Of a stretch of DNA of 64,000 bases, positions 48,005-57,552 are shown piece after piece (the stretch's first letter is position 1; each line of letters begins with the position of its first letter). The notes under the pieces were generated by a model. The model made no database searches and was not told the origin of the DNA. It saw only the letters and a list, made by a program, of their open reading frames with translations. Source of the stretch: Candidatus Latescibacterota bacterium (GTDB taxonomy: Bacteria > Latescibacterota > UBA2968 > UBA8231); contig OZ252098.1 of the NCBI GenBank assembly GCA_965248355.1, positions 4,224,001-4,288,000 on the forward strand, written 5' to 3'. A program made the position numbers and the translations under genes.

Positions 48005-49213
48005 ATGGCCAAGAGCAAGGGCAAGCGGGTGAACCTGGCGATCGTGGGCTGCGGCGGCATGGCCGGCGCCCACCTGCGCGGCTACAAGGAGCTGCTGCAG
48101 CGGGGCGAGGACCGCTTCCGCATCGTCGCCGCCGTGGACGAGGCGAAGGAGCGGGCCGAGGGATTCGCCGACCGCCTCGCCTCCGGGGCGGGTTGGGAGG
48201 TGGCCGCCTTCGGCAGCGTCGACGACCTGCTCGACAGCGGCCTCAAGGTGGACGGCGCCGACATCTGCAGCCCCCACGGCCTCCACCACGTCCTCGGCTG
48301 CCAGCTGCTGCGCGCCGGCGTCAACGTGCTCATCGAGAAGCCGATCGGGATCACCGTGAAGGCCTCGAAGAAGATCGCCGCCACCGCCCGGCGGCGGGGC
48401 CTGGTGGCGGCCACCGCCGAGCAGTGCCGCCGCGCCATCGGCCAGCGCACCATCCACTGGGCCTTTGACGACGGGCTGCTCGGCGAGCCGGTCATGTGGT
48501 GGGCGATCAAGGCGGGCTGGCAGGACCCGGAGCCCGTGGGCGGCTGGAGCTGGCGCGCCGACCGCAGGCTGGGCGGCTGCGGCATGGTCATGGACTCCGG
48601 CGCCCACTGGGTCGACACGATGAGATACTGGTTCGGCGAGATCGACTCCGTCTTCGCCCGCGTCGAGCAGATCCGCGACCGCCGCTTCCGCAAGGGCGGG
48701 CGCGTCGTCAAGGGCGCCCAGGAGGACTTCTGGACGGCGATCTTCAACTTCAAGAGCGGCCTCGCCGGCACCTGGTCGTGGACGATCTCGGCGCCGGGCA
48801 AGGGCTTCACCCAGCTGACCCTGGCCGGCACCCGCGGATCGATCGTCGACTCCGACATCTTCCACCCCGCCGCCTTCCAGGCCAACGGCGAGTGCCAGCT
48901 CATCGACGGCACCACCTACAGCATGGGCAAGCTGCAGCAGATGTATCGCGACACGCTGTCCGCCAAGCGACGCGAGGAGCTGTTCCCCTACGGCATCACC
49001 GCCGGCGTGCCCCTGGAGCTGTGGGACTTCATCGACGCCCTCTCCCGCGGCCGGCCCGTGGAGATCGACGCCGAGGAGGGGATGCGCTCCAAGGCGGTGA
49101 GCGAGGCGATCTACGAGTCGGGCAAGTCGGGGCAGGTGGTCAAGGTGGCCGACGTCGTGTCCGGCAAGGTCGACGCCTGGCAGCGCGACCTGAACGACTA
49201 CTGGAATCTTTGA
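48005..49213 (+). CDS. Gfo/Idh/MocA family oxidoreductase
   Basis: IVGCGGMA, VLIEKP and MDSGAHWVD motifs. Confidence 0.9.
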   Translation: MAKSKGKRVNLAIVGCGGMAGAHLRGYKELLQRGEDRFRIVAAVDEAKERAEGFADRLASGAGWEVAAFGSVDDLLDSGLKVDGADICSPHGLHHVLGCQLLRAGVNVLIEKPIGITVKASKKIAATARRRGLVAATAEQCRRAIGQRTIHWAFDDGLLGEPVMWWAIKAGWQDPEPVGGWSWRADRRLGGCGMVMDSGAHWVDTMRYWFGEIDSVFARVEQIRDRRFRKGGRVVKGAQEDFWTAIFNFKSGLAGTWSWTISAPGKGFTQLTLAGTRGSIVDSDIFHPAAFQANGECQLIDGTTYSMGKLQQMYRDTLSAKRREELFPYGITAGVPLELWDFIDALSRGRPVEIDAEEGMRSKAVSEAIYESGKSGQVVKVADVVSGKVDAWQRDLNDYWNL

Positions 49214-49229
49214 AAGAGGAGAGAAGAGG

Positions 49230-50438
49230 ATGAGCCGCAAGTACGCCGTGCGCGCCGTGGGCTGCGATCACCGGGCCGCCGACGAGGAAGTCTACGAGGC
49301 GCTGAAGCGCGCCACCGATCCGCTGACCCGGTCCTGGGAGAAGCTGGAGAAGGCGGGGCGAATCGCCCTCAAGTTCAACATGGGCCACACCAAGGTGGAG
49401 AGGTTCGAGGGCCGCCGCCGCGAGCTGGTGGACGACGCCGTCTGCCGCGCCGTGCTGCGCCTGCTGAGGGAGCGCACCTCGGCGAGCCTGGTGGCCAGCG
49501 ACACCTTCGGACGCGAAGCCGACGGGGAGACCACTCCCTACTTCAACTACAAGCCCCTCCTCGACGAGTTCGGCGTCGAGTACGACGAGTCGAACCTGCC
49601 TCCCTTCGCCGAGTACGAGGTGCCCGGGGGCGGCTACATGTTCCGGCGCTACACCCTCAGCCGCTGCTGGCAGGAGGCCGACGAGGTGATCTCCGTGGCC
49701 AAGATGAAGAACCACCTCTTCATGGGCGTGACCCTGTGCATGAAGAACCTCTTCGGTCTGACGCCGACGATCCCGCCCGAGGGACGCGTGCGCAGCTACT
49801 TCCACCACGCCATCCGGCTCTCCTACGTGCTGCCCGACCTGGCGCGCATCACCAACCCCTGCCTCAACATCATCGACGCCCTCACCGGCCAGTGGGGCCG
49901 CGAGTGGGGCGGCGAGGGCCGCCTCTGCAATGCCCTCGTCGCCGGCGACCAGATCGTGGCGACCGACGCCGTGGGCGCCCACCTCATGGGCCACGACCCC
50001 GCCTCGGACTGGCCGCAGCCGCCCTTCCGCCGCGACCGCAACCACCTCCTCGTGGCCGCCGAGGGCGGGTTCGGCACCGTCGATCTCGACGAGATCGACC
50101 TGGTGAGCGAGGTGCAGGCGCCGCTCAACGAGTTCGACTCGGTGGAGGAGGACCCGCCCGAGCACATGGCCACGGTGCGGGAGACCGCCTGCGAGCAGGG
50201 ACTCTGGTACCGGGACCGCCGCCGCGAGATGGTCGACCGCTACTCGGGCGACTTCATCTACCTGCAGGACGGCGAGGTGAAGTGGAGCGGCCCGGACCCC
50301 TCCCACATCGGCAGCCACCGGGACTTCGCGGGCAGCCGGCCCGGCAGCGCTCTTTTCCTGAAGCTGGTGGACCCGGAGGAGCGGGAGGGGGAGCGCTTCG
50401 TGGTCTACGAGGAGGGTTTGGGGCGCCTGCGCGCCTGA
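49230..50438 (+). CDS. DUF362 domain protein
   Basis: ISVAKMKNH, VTLCMKNLFG, NIIDA and VATDAVG motifs. Confidence 0.85.
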   Translation: MSRKYAVRAVGCDHRAADEEVYEALKRATDPLTRSWEKLEKAGRIALKFNMGHTKVERFEGRRRELVDDAVCRAVLRLLRERTSASLVASDTFGREADGETTPYFNYKPLLDEFGVEYDESNLPPFAEYEVPGGGYMFRRYTLSRCWQEADEVISVAKMKNHLFMGVTLCMKNLFGLTPTIPPEGRVRSYFHHAIRLSYVLPDLARITNPCLNIIDALTGQWGREWGGEGRLCNALVAGDQIVATDAVGAHLMGHDPASDWPQPPFRRDRNHLLVAAEGGFGTVDLDEIDLVSEVQAPLNEFDSVEEDPPEHMATVRETACEQGLWYRDRRREMVDRYSGDFIYLQDGEVKWSGPDPSHIGSHRDFAGSRPGSALFLKLVDPEEREGERFVVYEEGLGRLRA

Positions 50439-50599
50439 CAGCCGGCCGCCGATACTGAGGCTCTTGGGTCGCCACGGACCCGTCCGTGCCGGTGGGGGTG
50501 ATCAGATTTGTGCTCGGGCCCGAAGCGGCTTCTTGGCCGGGGGGACGTTCTCCGGTCAAGTGCCCCGAAGGGAGTCAAATCGAAGTACGGAGAACCATC

Positions 50600-51533
50600 A
50601 TGAAAACGCACGGCCGCTGCTCAACTATCGTCGTAGTCCTCTGTGCGTTATGCGCCCAGATCGACGCAGAATGCGGGATCACCGCAGACGAATCACAGAT
50701 TCAGATCTGGGTCAAGGAGGGTTATGATGAGTTGGTTGAACAGCTCAGGTTGACCTCGGACGAAGGGGGAGTAGAGATTGGGTATCCATTATGGGACGAC
50801 CTGAGTGCTGAAATGGGTCTTGGAAGAATCCAGGCGTTTCCGGACAATACGGAGAGGGGACGTCGGTTATTCGTACTGGACTTTTTCGGGGAGAGTGATC
50901 TGAACGAGATAGTCAGACGGTATTGCGAATTGCCTTTTATCGGTGAGATGGCGACGGATCGGGCTGGTATTGGTAAGGGAGGGTACGCCCGACACGCTGG
51001 CAGTAGTGAGAAGAACCAATGACGAGGAGGATGGAGATTTACCGGAGACAACCTGCGGGGATCTCCAGCGTATCGAGGTTTATCTGGGTGATGATAGCGT
51101 CATAGACGTCCAGGATGGCGCCGCGCTTTTCGGTTTCGAGGTGTTTATCTACGATGATTCGGGCAATGAGATGAGATTCTGGTCCTTGGCGAATGTATTC
51201 CTGCCCAACATCCAAGGAGGGTTTGTGAGAGAAGGGCATCTGGCCGCAGATGGTTGGGAAGAGATCTACCTGCTCTTCGATTTCCGAGACGAGAGTTACA
51301 CGGGACCTGAGCCCGGTGAAATAGAGCGGGTGGTTCTCGAGATGACCCTGGCCAACGAATACTACTTTGAGGTTTATCTCAACGGAATACTGGAAGTGAA
51401 CGCCCGTGCTTTGGGAAACATCCGGGATCTTTCGAATAAAGTGATCATACGTATCGAGGTCGTCGAAGAAGGGCAGGGGCGTGTCACCTTTATTGAGCCG
51501 GCATCGTGGGCTCAGGTGAAGGGATCCTTTTGA
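50600..51533 (+). pseudogene. Secreted protein with C-terminal SWxQVK motif, split by a +1 frameshift near 50981
   Basis: Signal peptide at 50600. Removing one G from GGGAGGG (50977-50983) joins the ORFs as IGKGGTPDTLAVV. Ends VTFIEPASWAQVKGSF. Confidence 0.6.
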
Positions 51534-51625
51534 AGGCTCGTGATACCCCGGCAGCTTTGGTCTGGGTCGGAGCTGCCCTGCTCGATGGGGCGTTTCCCCT
51601 GAGCCGCCCAAGTCGCCGCCCAGCT

Positions 51626-53289
51626 GTAACCGTTCAGTCCCTTGGCAGCTTGGGGCCGGGGGAGGAAGGGTCGCAGGTTGAGATTAACGAATGGCGGAGT
51701 GGGTGGGAGGCAGCAGCGAGGGCGCCGGCTGCTGAGACACGGCCGCGTCACAGGCCCTCCGGAGATAGTCGAGGACGTTGCGCTGTTGCTGGCGCAGGGT
51801 ATCCCGCACCGTGAGCAGGCGCTCTGCGAAACGGCTGCCGTCGGCACTGTGAGTGCCGAAGCTGGTGTGACGCCACAACACGCCATGACGAAGGGCTCGT
51901 TCCGCGGCGTTGTTGGTCGGCTCGACGCCTTCTCGGCGGGCGAAGGTCCACAGGGCCGGCCCGAGGTCGAGGAGGTTGGCGCAGGTGGCCGCCGTCTTGG
52001 CGTCGGCGAAGCGCTGGCCATACCACAAATGAAACCGAAAGCGCACACCCAAATCGTCGATATCGTCCTGGAAGCGGGCGCGGGACAGGGTACCGTCGCG
52101 AACTTGATGCCACCAGGTAAACATCTGGTCGCTGGCGTCCAACAGCCGTTGCCCGACCCAGGCGGCCTCTCCGCCCCGGGCCACGAACTCCTCGAAGGCG
52201 CGCCGCAGATGAGCCCAGCAGACTTGCCGGCGTCCAAGCGGCAGATGCGCGTAGGCCGAATAGCGATCGGAGCCGACCACCGCCGTGTTATCCGCACCCA
52301 GCATCTCATCGACGCCGTCGCGTCCCCGGCTGGGGCGAATGGCGAACACCGTGACGCCGGCCGTCACCGCGGTCCACAACCAAGCCTTGGCGCGGCGCTG
52401 CCGCCAGCCGGTCTCATCGACGTTGACCAAGCCCTGTCGACGAACGAAGGCGCGCGCCTCCTCGACCGGAGCCGCCAGGGCCGCGGCCATTTCCTGTTCC
52501 AGTCGGCTGACGGTGCCCAGCGACACCTTGACGCCAAAGGCGTCGGACAACAACGCCCGGATGTTGCGCTTGCTCATCCGGTAGGCCCCGGCCAGCAGGC
52601 CGACCCAGGCCTGCACGCTGGGACCGTAGGTGTGCCGCGATACGCCCTCGGGCCAACCGGCTTCGGTCAGGCGGTCGCAGTGAGCGCAGCGCAGGGTGTG
52701 CAACTGATACTCGATGACCTCGGCGCGCAGCGGCGGGAGGACGACTTCCTGGTGGCGCTGCGGATGGGGATCGTCTCCCGTCAACCGGTGCCCGCATCCG
52801 TGGCAATGGCTGGGCTTGACCGGGATCCGTTCGTCCACCTGCTCGACCGGTACCCACGAGCGGCCGTGGCCTTCGTGGCCGGGCTGGGCGCCCGGCGAGC
52901 GCCCCGAGGATCGGCGTCGGGAGGCCTCGGGGCGAGACGAGGAGGAAGCGCCCGATTCCGACGAAGCGGCGCGGGCCCCCCGGCGGGAGCGCCCCTTGCG
53001 GCGGGCCAACTCCTGCTCCAGGGACGCGATCCGGGCGGCCTGCTGCTCCATGACCTGCTCAAGTTGCCCAACCCGTTCCGACAAACTGACCACCAGTACT
53101 TGCACCGCCGTCGGTGTGCGCTGCCAGTCGCGGTCGGAAATCGGAATCTGAGGGGGTCTGTTCATGGGGGTCGCCCGGATCCAGGAACATCGGCACTGCA
53201 CAACCACTCCCGAAGATACCGACGTACCCGAAAACTCGCTCGGTATTTCTCTCCATGCGCAATCTACTGCAGGGGGACTGAACGGTTAC
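51626..53289 (-). mobile_element. IS66-family element, single-ORF ISBst12-like group, 1664 bp
   Basis: Perfect terminal IRs GTAACCGTTCAGTCCC (51626-51641) and GGGACTGAACGGTTAC (53274-53289). No target duplication. Confidence 0.9.
51684..53165 (-). CDS. IS66 transposase
   Basis: Leucine zipper, GAQPGHEG, CHGC...CAHC, VDETGW, SDRYSAY, QVCWAHLRR and TNNAAERALR motifs. Confidence 0.93.
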   Translation of the reverse strand: MNRPPQIPISDRDWQRTPTAVQVLVVSLSERVGQLEQVMEQQAARIASLEQELARRKGRSRRGARAASSESGASSSSRPEASRRRSSGRSPGAQPGHEGHGRSWVPVEQVDERIPVKPSHCHGCGHRLTGDDPHPQRHQEVVLPPLRAEVIEYQLHTLRCAHCDRLTEAGWPEGVSRHTYGPSVQAWVGLLAGAYRMSKRNIRALLSDAFGVKVSLGTVSRLEQEMAAALAAPVEEARAFVRRQGLVNVDETGWRQRRAKAWLWTAVTAGVTVFAIRPSRGRDGVDEMLGADNTAVVGSDRYSAYAHLPLGRRQVCWAHLRRAFEEFVARGGEAAWVGQRLLDASDQMFTWWHQVRDGTLSRARFQDDIDDLGVRFRFHLWYGQRFADAKTAATCANLLDLGPALWTFARREGVEPTNNAAERALRHGVLWRHTSFGTHSADGSRFAERLLTVRDTLRQQQRNVLDYLRRACDAAVSQQPAPSLLPPTHSAIR

Positions 53290-53362
53290 AGCCTCTACAC
53301 CGGGCGCTGCTTCTCCAGTCTCCGCCAGACCGACATCGAACACATGGTGGCCAAGTCCGAGG
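53290..53362 (+). pseudogene. HNH/DUF1524-like endonuclease fragment abutting the IS66 end
   Basis: SLYTGRCFSSLRQTDIEHMVAKSE carries a DIEHxV HNH motif. Confidence 0.5.
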
Positions 53363-53496
53363 GAACGCCGGACGCACCCGGGTCGGCCGGCATCCCAGCT
53401 ACGCCAAGCGGGTTCGGGCGTTGTCGATAGGACGCACGCTCAACCCATTCTTTCGGGATCGCATGCATCTGCTTGCTTTCTTCCTGGCGCTCCGGG

Positions 53497-54681
53497 CTAG
53501 AAATAGGTTGCAACACTGAAGAGGAAAGCGGCCCCCTTTGCTTCGTTGTTGAAGGGGTCCCGTTCCCAGTTTCGTTGATAGTCGAGTTTGAAGACCGTGT
53601 CTTCCCCGGGCCGGAAGTTGAGGCCCAGGGTCAGGCGGCGATGGCTGTCGCCCACGGCGCCGGCATCGAAGTCCACCGCACCCATGCGTACCACTCCGGT
53701 GAACACCGACTTCGGCAGCGCCGCCACCCGGCCTTGACCGAAGTGGGCATTGACCTGGGCGTAGAAGCCCTGCTGGCTTGCCTGGAAGATCCCACTCTCG
53801 GGAGGCACCTCAATCGAGGCCCTGGCGTACTCGCCGACCCACTCGAAGGACCTCCAGGCCAGGTCCCAGTCCAGGGCCAGGATCGTCAGATGGCGCTTTT
53901 CGTCAATGGCCAGGCCCTCGGCCTCCCAGGTGTTGTAGGGACCGGTGTGGAACGATCCTCCCAGCTCCCAGGCCGGCTGCGGACTGATCGCCACCCGCCC
54001 TACCCAGGAGGGGTGGTTGTTGTTGTCCTCGAAGTTTCCCTTGCCGGCCGCCATCCGGGTGCCGCCTGGGTCGCTCAGAAGTACGCCCTCTGAGAACCCG
54101 TTGACGGCGTAGATCTCGTAGGTGATGCGGGAGGCGGCGGTGGGGTGAAAAGCCCCCAGAAAGCCCATGCCCGCTTCGGACAGGGCCGTGGGTATGAGCT
54201 GGGTGCTGACCAGAGGACGGTCGGTCAGATCGTTGGTTGGACTGTCGTGAGAGAGATTGAAGCGGCCCAGGGGAGAGAGGATGATGCCCCCCCGAAAGGC
54301 GAGGGCGGGATGGATCTCGAAATCGATGACGGCCATCTCGATCTTGATCTCCTCTCCCCCTTCCTCGAACTCCATTTCGGAGGCCACGCGCACGCGGTCC
54401 GACACCGGGGTATAGGTGAAGAGGTTGAACCGCTTGGGAACAAAGGTCAGCTCCTCGGTGACTCCTTCCTCCCGCTCCAAGCGGAAGTGCGCCTCGGCAT
54501 AGCCGCCGATTCGGGTTCCACCGGCCCTGGCGATGAAGGGCTTGTCGTCAATGCCTCCTTCGACCAGGGGCCGGGAATCGGAGGCCACGGCTGCGACACC
54601 TGTGGCGAGGCCTCCCGCATAACCCAGGACCAGACTCAGTGCGGCATTCCGCAGCCAGCCTGTCATCATGCCTCCACTCAT
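53497..54681 (-). CDS. Outer-membrane porin-like beta-barrel
   Basis: Signal peptide, IGGYAEAH, SEMEFEEG, PLGRFNLSHD and terminal SVATYF. Confidence 0.8.
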   Translation of the reverse strand: MSGGMMTGWLRNAALSLVLGYAGGLATGVAAVASDSRPLVEGGIDDKPFIARAGGTRIGGYAEAHFRLEREEGVTEELTFVPKRFNLFTYTPVSDRVRVASEMEFEEGGEEIKIEMAVIDFEIHPALAFRGGIILSPLGRFNLSHDSPTNDLTDRPLVSTQLIPTALSEAGMGFLGAFHPTAASRITYEIYAVNGFSEGVLLSDPGGTRMAAGKGNFEDNNNHPSWVGRVAISPQPAWELGGSFHTGPYNTWEAEGLAIDEKRHLTILALDWDLAWRSFEWVGEYARASIEVPPESGIFQASQQGFYAQVNAHFGQGRVAALPKSVFTGVVRMGAVDFDAGAVGDSHRRLTLGLNFRPGEDTVFKLDYQRNWERDPFNNEAKGAAFLFSVATYF

Positions 54682-55121
54682 TCAACCACTATTTCCATGT
54701 GGTTCTCCGTCACTTCCAGCGCGTATCTGGACAGCGGCTTTCCGGCCGGCCCCCGAATCACCGTCCCCTCCAGGTCGAAGATCGATCCGTGACAGGGGCA
54801 TCTCAGGACGTGCTTTCCTGGCCGCACCTGGCAGCCCAGATGCGTGCACCGGGCCCCCAGCGCCCGGTAGGCACCCTTCTCCGTGCGGATCAGAAGAAGG
54901 GCCTCTGGAAGGCCCTCGCCCGTCACCAGGACGACCGGGCCGTCTCGGAGCTTTTCTTCCAGTTCCTTGTGCGGCAATACGATACGCCCCTCGATACGCC
55001 GCCCCCGAAGGGGGGTCGCCGCGGCGCAGGCGGACAGCCCACAGGCCACAAACCCGGTTCCTGCGGCCAGCTGCACCAGAAACCGCCGCCGCGGCAGGTC
55101 GTTTGGATCCGGCTCCCGCAT
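54678..55121 (-). CDS. Tat-exported Rieske 2Fe-2S protein
   Basis: RRRFL twin-arginine signal, GLSAC, CTHLGC and CPCHGS motifs. Confidence 0.92.
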   Translation of the reverse strand: MREPDPNDLPRRRFLVQLAAGTGFVACGLSACAAATPLRGRRIEGRIVLPHKELEEKLRDGPVVLVTGEGLPEALLLIRTEKGAYRALGARCTHLGCQVRPGKHVLRCPCHGSIFDLEGTVIRGPAGKPLSRYALEVTENHMEIVVE

Positions 55122-55123
55122 GG

Positions 55124-56350
55124 CTATAACGACTTGAGAAACGCCAGCAGGGCGCCCCGATCCTCCGTGCTCAGGCTGGCGAACCGGTCGCGGGCGGCGG
55201 CGCCCTCGCCGCCGTGGAAGAGAACGGCCTCGGCCAGATCCGAGGTGCGGCCATCGTGCAGGTAGAAGGCCTGGCCGTTGAGAAACCCCTCCGCCAGGCG
55301 CAGACCCCACAAAGGCGTCGTGCGCCATTCCCGGCCGGTGGCGTCCCCATCCGGACGATGATCCGCCAATTCGGATCCCATGTCGTGAAGCAGCAGATCG
55401 GAATAGAGGTGGACCTCGACCGCCCTCAACTGCGGGATGGGACTGGGGCCGGTCCTCAGGGTGGGGACGTGGCAGGAGGCGCAGCCGATCTCCGCGAACA
55501 GGGTCTGGCCGCGCTCGACCTGGGCGGTGATGGGGCCGCGCTCCGGCGGCCTGAGCTGACGGACGTACATGACCGTCTGCAACACGGTGGCGGCCGGGAT
55601 CTCCGGATCGGCCACATCGTCGCCGATGGCCACCCCTCCGGCCTGGGGATGGGGGTTTTCCACCGGCAGGAAGTCGCTGGTGATCCCGATATCCTGGTGG
55701 TAGGCCTCGGCGACCTGCTGAAGGAGCGAGGAGACCTGGGCCTTGCGGGAGAAGCGCCCCAGCTGAGGCCCGGGCCCGCCGCTCACGTGGGAGTCGGGCA
55801 CAAAACCCGGGACCGACACCATATTGGGGCGGCCGGATATGCCGTCTCCATCGCCATCGTCCGGATCGGCACGGGACAGGATGGCCTCGACCGGGATGGC
55901 CTCGATCAGCCCCATGCCGAATACGGGCGGCGGCATCCTGAAGGTCCGCTCCACCCCGGCCGGCACCTCTTCGCGGGGGACCCCGGGAATGGCCTTGTCC
56001 TGGTGTTGCGGTCCTCCCAGGTCCAGGGCCGGATCGCCCCCTCGGCTGAAGCGGACAAAGCCCAGCTCCGGCGTCCCTCGTCCATCGGCGGGGTGGCAGC
56101 CCTCGCAACCGACGTTGTTGAAGATGGGTCCGAGCCCTTCTCCCACCGTGAAGGCGCGCTCGAAATTCTCGTCGCCCTGGGCAAACACGGCGTTCAGGTC
56201 GTGCGACATGCCCTCCAGAGGCGACTCGAAATCATCTCCTGCAGACGGCCTTTCGGTCAGAATCCGGTCGCAGCCCATCGCTCCCAGGAGGCCGATCAGA
56301 CTCCACCAGGACAGGATGCGCGACAGCACTGATTTCCGGTATTTAGGCAT
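55124..56350 (-). CDS. Di-haem oxidoreductase (DHOR/DUF1111) lipoprotein
   Basis: Lipobox GAMGC, GLGPIFN, CEGCH, ADPDDGDGDGISGR, CASCH, YSDLLLHDMG, WRTTPLWG and YLHDGR motifs. Confidence 0.92.
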   Translation of the reverse strand: MPKYRKSVLSRILSWWSLIGLLGAMGCDRILTERPSAGDDFESPLEGMSHDLNAVFAQGDENFERAFTVGEGLGPIFNNVGCEGCHPADGRGTPELGFVRFSRGGDPALDLGGPQHQDKAIPGVPREEVPAGVERTFRMPPPVFGMGLIEAIPVEAILSRADPDDGDGDGISGRPNMVSVPGFVPDSHVSGGPGPQLGRFSRKAQVSSLLQQVAEAYHQDIGITSDFLPVENPHPQAGGVAIGDDVADPEIPAATVLQTVMYVRQLRPPERGPITAQVERGQTLFAEIGCASCHVPTLRTGPSPIPQLRAVEVHLYSDLLLHDMGSELADHRPDGDATGREWRTTPLWGLRLAEGFLNGQAFYLHDGRTSDLAEAVLFHGGEGAAARDRFASLSTEDRGALLAFLKSL

Positions 56351-56391
56351 GACTAAAGACAGAAATTAGTCCAGGCTAATTTATAATGCAA
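56342..56391 (-). promoter_or_regulatory. Two TTAG-N6-CTAA palindromes (DtxR/MntR-like operators) overlapping a putative sigma70 promoter
   Basis: TTTAGGCATGACTAAA (56342-56357) and AAATTAGTCCAGGCTAATTT (56363-56382). Minus strand reads TTGCAT-N17-TAATTT. Confidence 0.7.
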
Positions 56392-56631
56392 CCCCTAACT
56401 AATATGACGGCGGCCCCTGCGAAACACCCCCTGGAGATGGATAGGCAGGGAGGCCTGAATCAGGCGATGCGGCCTGTGGCGATCCGCTTCAGCACGGACT
56501 TGGCGCAGGCCTTCGCCGACGGGTATTCTTCGGTCTCGACCACGGCTCCACGCATGCGGCGGTCCGGCGGCGGCTACGCGCCTGATCGGCGGCGGGTCCC
56601 TCCAGGCGCCGGCGGTCCACCGCGGGGGACG

Positions 56632-57552
56632 CTACGGCGCCACTGCGGGCCCCGGTCCGCGGTCCGTCAGCATCGCCGCGCCGAAGACGCCGGCGGAGTC
56701 CCCCAACTCGTTGCGGACCACCCGCGTGTCCAGGCGGTCGTTGAAGACCCAGCGGGACATCTCCTCGACGCCGCGGCCGTAGAGGGCGTCGACGTTGCTG
56801 ACCCCGCCGCCGAGGACGATCACGTGGGGGTCGAGGATGTTGACCACGGAGGCCAGGGCGCGCCCGAAGCCCTCCGCGAGCCGCTCGACGGCGGCAACCG
56901 CCGCCTCGTCCGTCCCCGACTCCGCGCGGGCGGCGATCTCGGGCAGCTCTCTCCGGGTGCCGCTGCGTTCCTCGTAGAACCTCTCCAGGCTGGGGCCGGA
57001 CAGCACCGTCTCGACGCATCCCCGGCGCCCGCAGTAGCACGGATCCCCCCCGGGGTCGAGGACGTTGTGCCCCCACTCGCCGGCGATCCCCTGGCCGCCG
57101 GGCAGCACCCGGCCGTCGACGACGACGCCCCCGCCGACCCCGGTGCCGAGGATGACCCCGAAGAGGGTGCCGGCCCCGCGTCCGGCCCCGAGGCGGGCCT
57201 CGGCGAGGGCGAAGCAGTTGGCGTCGTTGGCCATCTCCACCTCGCAGCCGAGATCGGCGGCCAGGTCGTCGAGCAGGGGGCGGCCGTTCAGGCAGGTGGC
57301 GTTGGAGTTCTTCAGCGTCCGCGAACGGGGGTCCAGCACGCCGGGCGTGCCGATGCCCAGGACCTCGGGCCGGTGCCCGGCCTCGGCGGCCAGCCCCTCC
57401 ACCAGCTCGGCGACCCTCCGGCGCACCTGGTCGTAGCCGAGGTGGCTGTCGGTGGGCACCCGCAGGCGGCACAAGGGCTGCAGGGAATCGGCGGCGGGCA
57501 GCACGACGCCCTCGATCTTGGTGCCCCCCAGGTCGATCCCCCAGAGGCTCAC
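56632..57552 (-). CDS. ROK family sugar kinase (Mak/fructokinase-like)
   Basis: GIDLGGTKIE, NDANCFALAE, GTGVGGG, GEWGH, CYCGRRGCVE and GDSAGVFGAA motifs. Confidence 0.92.
   Translation of the reverse strand: MSLWGIDLGGTKIEGVVLPAADSLQPLCRLRVPTDSHLGYDQVRRRVAELVEGLAAEAGHRPEVLGIGTPGVLDPRSRTLKNSNATCLNGRPLLDDLAADLGCEVEMANDANCFALAEARLGAGRGAGTLFGVILGTGVGGGVVVDGRVLPGGQGIAGEWGHNVLDPGGDPCYCGRRGCVETVLSGPSLERFYEERSGTRRELPEIAARAESGTDEAAVAAVERLAEGFGRALASVVNILDPHVIVLGGGVSNVDALYGRGVEEMSRWVFNDRLDTRVVRNELGDSAGVFGAAMLTDRGPGPAVAP

Noticed and set aside
56460..56555. 31-aa minus-strand ORF MRGAVVETEEYPSAKACAKSVLKRIATGRIA
   Set aside because: Coding-like codons but no RBS or recognisable motif. It may be another relic.
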